DNA of 64,000 nt, taken from contig JAKASO010000002.1 in the NCBI GenBank assembly GCA_021818985.1, positions 43,383 to 107,382 of the forward strand. Reading direction: 5' to 3'. Positions 41,878 through 51,286 of the stretch are shown here, piece after piece. The position numbers and the translations under genes were made by a program. The DNA comes from a bacterium (GTDB lineage Bacteria; SZUA-79; Acidulodesulfobacterales; Acidulodesulfobacteraceae). Position 1 is the stretch's first letter. Every line of letters begins with the position of its first letter. Below the pieces are notes generated by a model. That model ran no database searches, was not told the origin of the DNA, and worked only from the letters and a program-made list of their open reading frames with translations.

Positions 41878-43152
41878 ATGATATTAAAAGATAAAAATAT
41901 AATTCTGTGCATCGGCGGGTCTATTGCTTGCTATAAAGCAGTAGAGGTTTACAGGCGTTTAAAGAAAGAAGGGGCATCCGTAAAGATAATTGTAAGCAGA
42001 CCGGCTTCTAAATTTATCTCCCCTTATATATTTGAATCGTTTGGCGAAGAGGTTTATACAGATGATGCCTTTAAAAAGCCTCTTGCGCATATCGAACTTG
42101 CAAAAAATGCGGATGCCATACTGATAGCTCCCGCTACATTTAATACAATAAATAAAATAGCCTGCGGCATTGCCGACACACTTATTACCCTTGTCGTGTC
42201 CGCTTCGCCGGCAATTCCTAAAATACTTGTTCCCGCAATGAACGAAAAGATGTTTTCCAATGGGATTTTAAAAGAAAACATTGATAAACTTGCGAGGTTT
42301 AATTTTAATATCGTTCGTCCCGTTGTTGGCGAGCTTGCATGCGGGGAATATGGCGAAGGCAGATTTCCAGAAATAAACGACATTATTTTTGAAGTAGAAA
42401 GCGCTTTTAAGGATAAACGTTTTAAAGGCAAAAGAATACTGATTACGGCGGGAGCAACAAGGGAATACCTTGATCCGGTAAGATTTATATCAAACGGTTC
42501 AAGTGGCAAGATGGGGGTGTCTTTGGCAAACGAAGCCGGAAAACTCGGCGCCGACGTTATATTAATCGGGTCTAATATTGATTTTAGCTGCCATTATATT
42601 AATAAAGATATAAAAATAATTAAGGCGGTTAGTTTTAAGGATTTACGGGAAGCACTTTTTCAGGAATTTCCAAAAAGCGATATACTTATTATGACAGCTG
42701 CCGTTTCCGATTTCGGATTTAAAGAAAAAAGCCCTTTTAAGATCAAAAAAACCGGCCTTAACCTTAAATTAAACCTTGTCCAGAACGAAGATCTTCTTGA
42801 GGCTGTTTCCCACATTAAAAAACCTTCGCAGATAATTTTTGGTTTTGCTGCGGAAACCAGAATTACCCCAGGAAGGCGGTCCGGACAAACCGTTAAGATA
42901 AAACACCCGCTGACGGTTCACAGTGATAAAGCTGGGCAAATCAATTCGATAATCGAGAATGCGCGAAAAAAACTTGTAGAAAAATCGCTTGATTATATAT
43001 TTGTGAATGATGTTTCTAACGGCATTATAGGCGAAGACGACAGCGAAGGCTTTATGATAAAAAATAATGGCGAAATTAGAAGATTCGAAAAGATGAAAAA
43101 GACGGATCTTTCCGAAAAGCTTTTCGAAGAGATGCGGCAAAGAACACTATAA
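41878..43152 (+). CDS. coaBC: Bifunctional phosphopantothenoylcysteine decarboxylase / phosphopantothenate-cysteine ligase
   Basis: N-terminal flavoprotein domain (GGSIACYKA, PAMN) and C-terminal ligase domain (ITAGATREYLDPVRFISNGSSGKMG). Confidence 0.92.
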   Translation: MILKDKNIILCIGGSIACYKAVEVYRRLKKEGASVKIIVSRPASKFISPYIFESFGEEVYTDDAFKKPLAHIELAKNADAILIAPATFNTINKIACGIADTLITLVVSASPAIPKILVPAMNEKMFSNGILKENIDKLARFNFNIVRPVVGELACGEYGEGRFPEINDIIFEVESAFKDKRFKGKRILITAGATREYLDPVRFISNGSSGKMGVSLANEAGKLGADVILIGSNIDFSCHYINKDIKIIKAVSFKDLREALFQEFPKSDILIMTAAVSDFGFKEKSPFKIKKTGLNLKLNLVQNEDLLEAVSHIKKPSQIIFGFAAETRITPGRRSGQTVKIKHPLTVHSDKAGQINSIIENARKKLVEKSLDYIFVNDVSNGIIGEDDSEGFMIKNNGEIRRFEKMKKTDLSEKLFEEMRQRTL

Positions 43153-43168
43153 AAAGGAGAGCAATACG

Positions 43169-44881
43169 ATGATTGCTTATTTTGTTATGGAATGCGCAAT
43201 TGATAATAATATGCCGACTTACAGCGGAGGTCTTGGAGTTCTTGCCGGAGACACACTTCAAAGTTTTGCCGATCTTGATGTCCCAGTTTCATGCGTTACT
43301 ATGCTATGGAAAAATGGTTTTATATCGCAAAAAATCTCAGAAGACGGAGTCCAATTCGACGGTATTCAGGATTGGGATCCTGACAAATATTTGAAACCGA
43401 CGGACATAAAAACTAAAATTCCACTGGGGGACGACGATGTTTTTATAACCGCATGGAAATACATAGTTAAGGGAATAAATGGCTATGAGATACCCGTATA
43501 TTTTCTTACTACCGATTTAGAAGAAAACAATGCCGAAGATAGAAAAATATGCGATAGGTTATACATTGGCAATAATATAATGAGGCTGAAACAGGAAATA
43601 GTTTTAGGCATAGGCGGATACGAGATCCTCAAAGCCATGAATTATGACCCTTATATATACCATATAAATGAAAGCCACTCCGCTTTTTTAATAACAAGTT
43701 TAATGAAAAATCTTGGCGATATAAATAAGTTAAGAGCGCAGGTCGTATTTACCACCCATACCCCTATTTCTGAGGCTTTTGACAGTTATAACATGCAGGA
43801 TGTTGTAAGTATGTTAAACAGGTATATAAATACAGATATTATAGATTCTATATATGGCAAAGAAGAAAACAAACTTAACCTGTCATGGCTTGCAATTGAA
43901 AACGCAAAAAATGTGGTGGCGGTTTCAAGAAAACATAAATATGTCTCTCAGAAGATCTTTGAAGGCTATAAGCTTAAATATGTAACAAATGGCATTCATC
44001 ATTTTAAATGGGCATCTGCCCATCATAAAATGCTTTATTCCAAATATATAAAAGGATGGGAGGAAGAGCCGTATTTATTAAGCAGGGTTGTTTCCATTCA
44101 CGATAACGAATTTATAAAAGCTCATGAGCTCGCTAAAAGCGACCTAATCGAAATGGTGAATTCTGAAACCGGTGTTTCTTTTACTCCGGAAAGCTTTACG
44201 ATAGGAATGGCAAAAAGAGTCACCCAGTATAAACGAAATAACCTTATATTGCATAACCCTGATAAACTCATTGAAATAGCTGAAAAAACCGGCGATATTC
44301 AAATGGTTTTTGCCGGCAAAACCCATCCTTTGGATAATATCGGCAAATCAATAATACAATCTATATACGACGCATCCCGTTATATAATGTCAAAAACAAA
44401 AAAGATAAGAATAGTCTTTATCGAAAATTTTGATATGCAAAAGGAAATTTTAATATTGGCTGGATCGGATCTGTGGCTTAATACCCCTACGAGGCCGTTA
44501 GAGGCTTCAGGAACAAGCGGCATAAAGGCATCTCTCAACGGAGTGCCGAGTTTTAGCGTTTATGACGGCTGGTGGTTGGAAGCTTGCAATAATGGAGTAA
44601 ACGGATGGGGAATAGGACCAAGACCTTCGTGGGAGGATCTGACACATTCATCCGACGAAGAAGATCTCGCCGATATTTACGATAAACTAAAATATATTAT
44701 ATTGCCGATGTTTTATGATTCTTACACTGATTATGTAAAGATAATGAAAACTGCTGTTTCGACAATTATCCCCTATTTCAATTCACACAGGATGGTTTCC
44801 GAATATATTACCGATTTATATTTAACTGCCATGATTCAACGCTATCAGGAAAATTGCAGAATTGGAATATACAATATTTGA
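43169..44881 (+). CDS. Alpha-glucan (glycogen/maltodextrin) phosphorylase, GT35 short form
   Basis: PTYSGGLGVLAGD N-terminus and EASGTSGIKA (PLP-lysine context). Confidence 0.88.
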   Translation: MIAYFVMECAIDNNMPTYSGGLGVLAGDTLQSFADLDVPVSCVTMLWKNGFISQKISEDGVQFDGIQDWDPDKYLKPTDIKTKIPLGDDDVFITAWKYIVKGINGYEIPVYFLTTDLEENNAEDRKICDRLYIGNNIMRLKQEIVLGIGGYEILKAMNYDPYIYHINESHSAFLITSLMKNLGDINKLRAQVVFTTHTPISEAFDSYNMQDVVSMLNRYINTDIIDSIYGKEENKLNLSWLAIENAKNVVAVSRKHKYVSQKIFEGYKLKYVTNGIHHFKWASAHHKMLYSKYIKGWEEEPYLLSRVVSIHDNEFIKAHELAKSDLIEMVNSETGVSFTPESFTIGMAKRVTQYKRNNLILHNPDKLIEIAEKTGDIQMVFAGKTHPLDNIGKSIIQSIYDASRYIMSKTKKIRIVFIENFDMQKEILILAGSDLWLNTPTRPLEASGTSGIKASLNGVPSFSVYDGWWLEACNNGVNGWGIGPRPSWEDLTHSSDEEDLADIYDKLKYIILPMFYDSYTDYVKIMKTAVSTIIPYFNSHRMVSEYITDLYLTAMIQRYQENCRIGIYNI

Positions 44882-44999
44882 TATTTGATAAACCATCTGA
44901 ACTCTAAATTGGGTTACCGGCATGAAATTGACGTTGAAACTTGCCTTCTGATATATATAATTATAACGATTTGACGGCAAAAGATCCGCAGTGTTAGAA

Positions 45000-45257
45000 A
45001 TGACCAAATACAAAGTTTCCGAAAATTTTACCTTGCACGGCGATGAAAACGGTTATTTGCTTTTTGATACCGTAAACGGCAGCATTTATAAATTAAATGA
45101 AATATCATTTAAGATAATATCGCTTATTGACGGAAACAGAACAGATCAAGAGATCAAGGAAATTATCTCGTCTGAATACAATGCTGGAATTGAAACTATT
45201 AGTAAGGATTTTGACGATCTTACAAAAATGCTTTTAGACAGGCACATAATATATTAA
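45000..45257 (+). CDS. PqqD-family (RRE-like) small protein
   Basis: Pattern GYLLFDTVNGSIYKLNEISFKIISLIDGNRTDQEIKEII...DFDDLTKMLLDRHII matches the PqqD peptide-chaperone fold. Confidence 0.6.
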   Translation: MTKYKVSENFTLHGDENGYLLFDTVNGSIYKLNEISFKIISLIDGNRTDQEIKEIISSEYNAGIETISKDFDDLTKMLLDRHIIY

Positions 45258-45326
45258 TATTAATTTGATAAAACTTTTTTATAAAAAATTTAAAAAATCC
45301 TGCAATCTGCTGTAATCTGTAATAAT

Positions 45327-46523
45327 ATGCAAAAATGGTTAAATAAAGATGTTCTTCTTATATCATTTTCCGCATTTTTTTCAGATCTTGGATATCACAC
45401 TGCAATTGCGCTATTTCCTATATTTTTAGTCATAACCCTTAAAGTGCCGGATTACGAATTCGGGTTTGCCAATGCTGTTGCATTTGGAGGGGGTGCGATA
45501 ATTGCATATTTTGGAGGCTTATTGGGTGATAAATACAGCTATAAATGGTTAGCGGTATCGGGAAATGCTTTTATCCCCCTTTTATCGCTTTTTGGTCTTG
45601 TAACAAGTCCGGTAATTGCTATTTTCCTTTTTTCAGGCGGGTGGTGGGCAAGAAATTTCAGGACACCCCCAAGAAGGGCTTTATTAGTTAGATCAACTTT
45701 TCCCGAAACCAGGGGCAAAGTATTCGGTTTTCTTCACATGCTTGATATCGGCGGTGGCATGATCTCAATCTTTACATTACTGAGCCTAATTTTAATTGGT
45801 TTAGGTTATACGCAAATTCTTTTACTGAGCGTTATACCTTTACTAATAGCAACCATACTTTTACTATTTACCGCTGATATAAAAGGACATTCAAATAATC
45901 CCGGTATAGCCGGTACAGCCGCTTCAAATTCAAATAAAGATGGCAAAGTCTTTTATACCCCTGCAAAAAAAAGTGCGTATAAAGGAATAATAATAGCTGC
46001 ATCTCTTTATGGTTTTAGCAGTTATGCCATCGGCTTTCCGATACTTACGATTGCTCAGAGATCAAACGATATACTTGGCATAGGTTCCTACGCTCTTTAC
46101 CTTGGCGTTTCTGCAGTTATAGGTTTTTGGATCGGATCTAAAAAGATGGACAGAGTAAAAACGCTTGGCATTCTCGGTTATTTATTATCCGGTTTTGGAA
46201 CTATAATGCTTGGATTGGCTTACTTTTTCCATCAAAGTCTATTTGTGTTTTACGTAGCGGTCGCTATACTTGGTTTTGCCCTGGGGATAATAGAGGTTAT
46301 AGAACCAACGCTGATTTCATTTCTAAAGGATATAAAAGATCTTGGTAAGGGAATGGGCTCTCTTACCGCATCAAGAAGCTTGGGAATATTTCTTGCAAAC
46401 TTAATAATGGGGTTTTTATATATATTTAATCCTCTTTATTCTTATACTTATGCTGGTCTTATATCAATAGCAGCGGCTATAATAGTTCTTTACTACGGCA
46501 AGGCATATAGTTTAAAAATATAG
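45327..46523 (+). CDS. MFS transporter
   Basis: About 12 predicted hydrophobic helices with a central cytoplasmic loop. Confidence 0.8.
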   Translation: MQKWLNKDVLLISFSAFFSDLGYHTAIALFPIFLVITLKVPDYEFGFANAVAFGGGAIIAYFGGLLGDKYSYKWLAVSGNAFIPLLSLFGLVTSPVIAIFLFSGGWWARNFRTPPRRALLVRSTFPETRGKVFGFLHMLDIGGGMISIFTLLSLILIGLGYTQILLLSVIPLLIATILLLFTADIKGHSNNPGIAGTAASNSNKDGKVFYTPAKKSAYKGIIIAASLYGFSSYAIGFPILTIAQRSNDILGIGSYALYLGVSAVIGFWIGSKKMDRVKTLGILGYLLSGFGTIMLGLAYFFHQSLFVFYVAVAILGFALGIIEVIEPTLISFLKDIKDLGKGMGSLTASRSLGIFLANLIMGFLYIFNPLYSYTYAGLISIAAAIIVLYYGKAYSLKI

Positions 46524-46572
46524 AAAGCCTTAGAAGTATTGCAAGCCGGTGCCGATTATTATAACCAATTTT

Positions 46573-47004
46573 TTATGCAATTATTATCGTTTCTATAAGC
46601 GGTTTATTTTTTTTATCTGGCATCAGATAGCTTTTTATATCAGATACATCGCCCGGCTCTTTTCCTTTTACCGATAAGATCATATAAGAATAATAAGGCC
46701 ACGATGCGTCAACGTCGTAAGATGACGGTATGGCAGGGTAATTCGGATGCGAATGGTAAAATCCCACAATCTCGATATTCCCGGCTCGCGATAATTTATC
46801 TATTGCAAGCATGTCTTTAGGTTCTATCTCGAATTTATCCCATGCTATTTTTTTATATCTGTTATTTGCAGGAAAGACCGCCGTTATAGTTTTATTATCG
46901 CCTTCTATAATACCTAAAATAGCGCCGCATGCTTCGTAAGGAAAAATTTCGGCTGCATGCTTTTTTATTATATCGAGTTTATCGTTACTTATAATTATCG
47001 GCAT
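46573..47004 (-). CDS. JAMM/MPN+ metalloprotease (Mec+/HcyD/QbsD-like)
   Basis: EACG...HSHPNYPAIPSSYD (E...HxH...S..D JAMM motif). Start trimmed to the ATG at 47004, 7 nt after the upstream stop. Confidence 0.8.
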   Translation of the reverse strand: MPIIISNDKLDIIKKHAAEIFPYEACGAILGIIEGDNKTITAVFPANNRYKKIAWDKFEIEPKDMLAIDKLSRAGNIEIVGFYHSHPNYPAIPSSYDVDASWPYYSYMILSVKGKEPGDVSDIKSYLMPDKKNKPLIETIIIA

Positions 47005-47011
47005 TTTTTTC

Positions 47012-47941
47012 TTAGAGTATTCCGGTTGACAAATATCTTGAACCTGTATCCGGAAGCACCGTAACATAATTTCCTTTATATTTTTCGGATAACTTGGAAA
47101 TGGCATATATATTTGCACCCGAAGAAAATCCGCACAAAAGCCCTTCTTCTTTTATAAGCCTTTTAAGCATCGCATAACTTCCCCCGGTATCTATTTTAAT
47201 ATAGTCGTCAATTATCTTTGTGTGGTCAAAACCTTTAAAGTTGAAAGAATAATTATATTTCCATCCCTCTATGCCGTGCATTTCATTATCGGGAACTACG
47301 GCAATAACTTTTATTTTTTCGTTATATTCTTTAAGTCTTTTGCCTATCCCAAGAATAGTTCCCCCGGTTCCTATTCCGGTTGCAAAATAGGCGATATTGC
47401 CCCCGGTTTGATTTATTATCTCGATCGCGGTGGTTTCATAGTGGGATAACGGATTATTAGGGTTATTGTACTGATCGGGCATATAATATATTTTGCTGCT
47501 GCCTTTATTGTATTCATCAAGCGATTTTTTGATAGCTCCATCATGGCTTTCTTCGGCAGGCGTAAGTACAAGTTCTGCGCCATAAAGTTTGATTATTTTT
47601 TTTCTTTCTTCGCTCATATTTGAAGGGGCATAAAGTTTAACGTTAATTCCCAAATATGCGCCAATCATAGCATAAGATATTCCGGTGTTTCCTGAAGTCG
47701 AATCAAGGATGGTCATGTTTTCAGTCAGAATTTCTTTTCCAATAGCATCTTTAATCATGTAAAGAGCGGGTCTGTCTTTTATGGAACCGCCGGGATTTTG
47801 AGATTCGACCTTGGCGTATAACTTACATCCGCTTTGATAAGGAATTATATGATTTAGAAGGCATATTTGCGTTGCCCCTATGCTCGAAAATACACTGAAC
47901 GCCGATAAACCTTTTTTAAAGTTTTCTAAATTATCGTTCAT
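47012..47941 (-). CDS. Cysteine synthase family PLP enzyme (CysK/CysM-like)
   Basis: NPGGSIKDRPA (PLP lysine), TSGNTGISYA and GIGTGGT motifs. Confidence 0.9.
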   Translation of the reverse strand: MNDNLENFKKGLSAFSVFSSIGATQICLLNHIIPYQSGCKLYAKVESQNPGGSIKDRPALYMIKDAIGKEILTENMTILDSTSGNTGISYAMIGAYLGINVKLYAPSNMSEERKKIIKLYGAELVLTPAEESHDGAIKKSLDEYNKGSSKIYYMPDQYNNPNNPLSHYETTAIEIINQTGGNIAYFATGIGTGGTILGIGKRLKEYNEKIKVIAVVPDNEMHGIEGWKYNYSFNFKGFDHTKIIDDYIKIDTGGSYAMLKRLIKEEGLLCGFSSGANIYAISKLSEKYKGNYVTVLPDTGSRYLSTGIL

Positions 47942-47997
47942 CTTAACTCCGTCCAGCCAGGGCTGACGCAGGCCTTTTAAATTGTAGCGGCTCGCGG

Positions 47998-48270
47998 CTA
48001 CTTCTTCCCGCCTTTTTCGACAATAATCTCGTAGTCTGTATCGTTGATCTTGTTAATAGACAGCACCTTATGTCCTTGGTCTGTCATTGAACGGGGGACG
48101 TTTCTTATAGCCGGTTCATAATCTACGATGATCCGCAGAATTTCGCCCGGTTTTATTTTTTCTAATGCAAGTTTCGATCTTACAAACGTGAAAGGACATA
48201 TTTCGCCTTTAATATTCAATTCTTTAGCGTAGTTGTCAGTCCGGTCGTTTTCTTTAAAGAGCCCATCCAT
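47998..48270 (-). CDS. TusA/SirA-family sulfurtransferase
   Basis: GEICPFTFVRSKLALEKIKPGEILRIIVD with the conserved active Cys. 90 aa. Confidence 0.8.
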   Translation of the reverse strand: MDGLFKENDRTDNYAKELNIKGEICPFTFVRSKLALEKIKPGEILRIIVDYEPAIRNVPRSMTDQGHKVLSINKINDTDYEIIVEKGGKK

Positions 48271-48322
48271 TTTAGTTTCTCCTACTAAACTTATCTTTAT
48301 GCCTATCTTTTACCCGTTTGTT

Positions 48323-49132
48323 TTATTCATGATGGTATAATTCACAAAACTCCTCGTAATCTATCAGATCTAAGATATTTGGATTTTCGCCGCATAAAGG
48401 ACAGCACTTATCCTTTCGCAATTTCATTTCCGTAAACTTCATATCTAATGCGTCATATATTAAAAGTCGTCCATTCAAAGTATTGCCGACGCCGAGAGTG
48501 ATCTTTATTGCTTCATTAGCCTGAATGGCGCCTATTACGCCAGGTAGAACTCCAAGAACGCCCGCCTCCTGACAGCTCGGTACAAGTCCGGGGGGCGGAG
48601 GCGTTGAAAAAAGACATCTGTAACACGGGCCTTTATCTGGCAAAAAAACGGTTACCTGTCCTTCAAACCTGAAGATTGAACCGTATACTAACGGCTTATT
48701 CATAAAATGGCAGGCATCGTTTATTAAATACCTTGCCGGAAAATTATCCGTTGCATCTACTATAACGTCGTAATCTTTAATAAGTTCTTTAATATTTGCG
48801 GAATCTATCTTGTCTTTGTACGTTATGACTTTAACATCGGGATTTATCCTCTCTATCGAATCCTTTGCCGAATCAACCTTGTATCTGCCGACATCTTTAG
48901 TTCCATGCCAGATCTGCCTCTGCAGGTTCGATAAATCAACAATATCAAAATCTACTATACCGAGTGTGCCTATACCTGCGGCGCCGAGATAATACCCGCA
49001 TGGGGCTCCAAGACCGCCGGCCCCTATTAGCAGTATCTTTGACGATAACAGCTTTTCCTGTCCTTCGCCGCCGACCTCCGGCAGAATTATATGTCTTGCA
49101 TATCTTTTTATCTGTTCTTCCGTAAATTCCAA
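48323..49132 (-). CDS. MoeB/ThiF/HesA-family E1-like adenylyltransferase
   Basis: RYARHIILPEVGGEGQEKL, LIGAGGLGAP and DNFPARYL motifs. Two CxxC pairs (CYRC, CPLC). Confidence 0.9.
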   Translation of the reverse strand: MEFTEEQIKRYARHIILPEVGGEGQEKLLSSKILLIGAGGLGAPCGYYLGAAGIGTLGIVDFDIVDLSNLQRQIWHGTKDVGRYKVDSAKDSIERINPDVKVITYKDKIDSANIKELIKDYDVIVDATDNFPARYLINDACHFMNKPLVYGSIFRFEGQVTVFLPDKGPCYRCLFSTPPPPGLVPSCQEAGVLGVLPGVIGAIQANEAIKITLGVGNTLNGRLLIYDALDMKFTEMKLRKDKCCPLCGENPNILDLIDYEEFCELYHHE

Positions 49133-49174
49133 AATACCTCCTTGCCGCGTAAATAAATTAATTATATTAATTGT

Positions 49175-49690
49175 TTATTCTACTACATCAAGCACGATAG
49201 GTTCCACGGTTATGCCTTTGGATTCAAAAAATTTCACGGCTTTTTCTATTTCTGCCGGTTCACCTTCGAGTTCAAGGGCTATTATACCGATATCATTAGA
49301 GATGCTTGCACTTCTGATATTAGTTATAACGTTAAAATTTTTTCCAACTTGATAAATAATTGGTTCTTTTATTACTTCCTGTGGGTAGTTTAGGTAAAAT
49401 TTTTTTCTTTCGAAAGCGCCTCCGGCAATTGCGGGAATAATAGAAATTGTATCGCCGTCTTTAACGCTGGAGTTTATATTGTCTAAAAATCTGATATCTT
49501 CGTCATTAAGATAGACATTTACGAATCTCCTGATTTGGCTATTTTGTTCACATATCCTTTCTTTGATTCCTGCATAATTGTTTTCTAAATTGTCTATTAT
49601 TTCAATGATTGTGGCGCCGGTCGTTTCGACCTCAGACTTTCCGTTGGTTAAGGTTCTTAAAGGTGTGGGTATTCTAACGGTTATTGGCAT
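49175..49690 (-). CDS. MoaD/ThiS-like sulfur-carrier domain fused to a C-terminal NIL domain
   Basis: Residues 1-91 end in DGDTISIIPAIAGG, a typical carrier C-terminus. The Gly-Gly codons are at 49418-49423. Residues 92-171 resemble the NIL domain (NIRSASISNDIGIIALELEG...ESKGITVE). Confidence 0.7.
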   Translation of the reverse strand: MPITVRIPTPLRTLTNGKSEVETTGATIIEIIDNLENNYAGIKERICEQNSQIRRFVNVYLNDEDIRFLDNINSSVKDGDTISIIPAIAGGAFERKKFYLNYPQEVIKEPIIYQVGKNFNVITNIRSASISNDIGIIALELEGEPAEIEKAVKFFESKGITVEPIVLDVVE

Positions 49691-49705
49691 TTGATTCTCC
49701 TTAAA

Positions 49706-50959
49706 TTAATTTTTTTTGTTCTTTTTTTCGCGAATTTTACTAAGTATTTTTTCAAACTCTTCAAGGTTTGGACTGATGACATCCGGTTCTTTGAGTTTTC
49801 CATGCAGGGCTTCAAGAGTTTTTAATCCGTTGCCAGTTATGGCAAGCACGGTTGTTTCATTTTTATTTATATTGCCGTTTTTAATTAATTTTTTTGCAAC
49901 GGCAATCGTTACCCCGCCGGCAGTTTCGGTAAATATGCCCTCCGTTCTTGCAAGAAGTTTCATTCCTTCGATTATTTCTTCATCGGTTGCGTCTTCGCCG
50001 TAGCCGCCCGTATTTTTCATCAAATCTGCAGCATAATATCCATCCGCAGGATTGCCTATCGCAAGGGATTTTGCAATAGTGTCCGGTGTTTTAACCGGCT
50101 TAATGAATTCCCTTTTTTCTTTAACCGTCGAGGTTATCGGGTTACATCCGGTTGCCTGGGCTCCGAAAATCCTTGTATGTTTTTTTTCGATCAATCCAAC
50201 GTATTCGAATTCTTCTATGGCTTTGCCTACTTTTGTGATCAAAGAGCCGCCCGCCATAGGCACGACGATATTGTCCGGGGTTTTAAAACCAAGCTGTTCG
50301 AGCATTTCAAAAGTAAGCGATTTTGAACCTTCGGCATAATAAGGCCTGAGATTTATATTGACAAATCCCCAGTTGTGTTTGCCAGCAATTTCGGTGCAAA
50401 GCCTGTTAACCTTGTCGTAGCTTCCCTCGATCTTGATTAAATTAGTATTATATATAAGGGTGCCGAGGACTTTGCCTATTTCAAGGTTTGCCGGAATGAA
50501 AACAAAGCTTTCATAGCCAGAAGAAGCGGCTAAAGCGGCAACGGCGTTTGCAAGGTTACCTGTTGAAGCGCAGGCGACGATTTTAAAACCAAACTCTCTT
50601 GCTTTGGCTATTGCAACGGACACTACCCTGTCTTTGAACGATAAAGTCGGGAAATTAACGGCATCGTTTTTAATATATATTTCTTTTACGCCAAGAGCTT
50701 TTGCAAGGTTATCTGCCTTGACGAGAGGGGTAAATCCGACATCTTTTCCGATTTTGATTTCGCCTTTTATAGGCAAAAACTCCCTGTATCGCCACATATT
50801 AGGTTGTCTCGATCTGATCTTTTCCACGCTTATATTTTGTTTGATCATATCATAATCGTAATTTACTTCAAGCGGTCCAAAGCAGTAATCGCAAACATAA
50901 AGCGGGCTATCAGGGTATTCTTTGCCGCATTCCCGGCATTTTAATCCTTTTACGAACAT
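49706..50959 (-). CDS. Threonine-synthase-family PLP enzyme with an N-terminal zinc ribbon
   Basis: CRECG...CDYC ribbon, PTLSFKDR PLP lysine, ASTGN motif. First gene after the SAM riboswitch. Confidence 0.85.
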   Translation of the reverse strand: MFVKGLKCRECGKEYPDSPLYVCDYCFGPLEVNYDYDMIKQNISVEKIRSRQPNMWRYREFLPIKGEIKIGKDVGFTPLVKADNLAKALGVKEIYIKNDAVNFPTLSFKDRVVSVAIAKAREFGFKIVACASTGNLANAVAALAASSGYESFVFIPANLEIGKVLGTLIYNTNLIKIEGSYDKVNRLCTEIAGKHNWGFVNINLRPYYAEGSKSLTFEMLEQLGFKTPDNIVVPMAGGSLITKVGKAIEEFEYVGLIEKKHTRIFGAQATGCNPITSTVKEKREFIKPVKTPDTIAKSLAIGNPADGYYAADLMKNTGGYGEDATDEEIIEGMKLLARTEGIFTETAGGVTIAVAKKLIKNGNINKNETTVLAITGNGLKTLEALHGKLKEPDVISPNLEEFEKILSKIREKKNKKN

Positions 50960-51068
50960 TTTTTCTCCTGCAAATTTAGAATTTATTAGTTTTATTAGTT
51001 ATTTTTTATTATTTTTAGTTTAATTATAATTTAATAAATATATTTAAGAATATATTTAAGAAATAATG

Positions 51069-51112
51069 TAAAAAAAACCTCTTCTCTGGAAATATCTAAA
51101 GAAGAGGTTTTT
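51069..51112 (-). terminator. Intrinsic terminator forming the expression platform of the SAM-I riboswitch
   Basis: 10-bp stem AACCTCTTCT (51076-85) / AGAAGAGGTT (51100-09), followed on the minus strand by a U-run. Confidence 0.7.
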
Positions 51113-51124
51113 TAAACTCTTATC

Positions 51125-51227
51125 TTCTTATCTTCCAGGAAATTATCCTGCGGGAGTTAGCACCGAATATTGCCTCCGGTTGCTGCGGTTTCGTACGGGC
51201 CCATCCCTTCACCGCTCTTGATAAGAA
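51125..51227 (-). promoter_or_regulatory. SAM-I (S-box) riboswitch aptamer
   Basis: The minus strand reads TTCTTATCAAGAGCGGTGAAGGGATGGGCCCGTACGAAACCGCAGCAACCGGAGG...TTCGGTGCTAACTCCCGCAGG...GGAAGATAAGAA. This matches the S-box core: P1 closure, the GA-motif kink-turn, and the GGTGCTAA.TCC junction. Confidence 0.9.
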
Positions 51228-51286
51228 ATATTATCTTATGAATTTCGAATTTCAATTATCATTCAATAATTAGCCGATTTTTAAAT

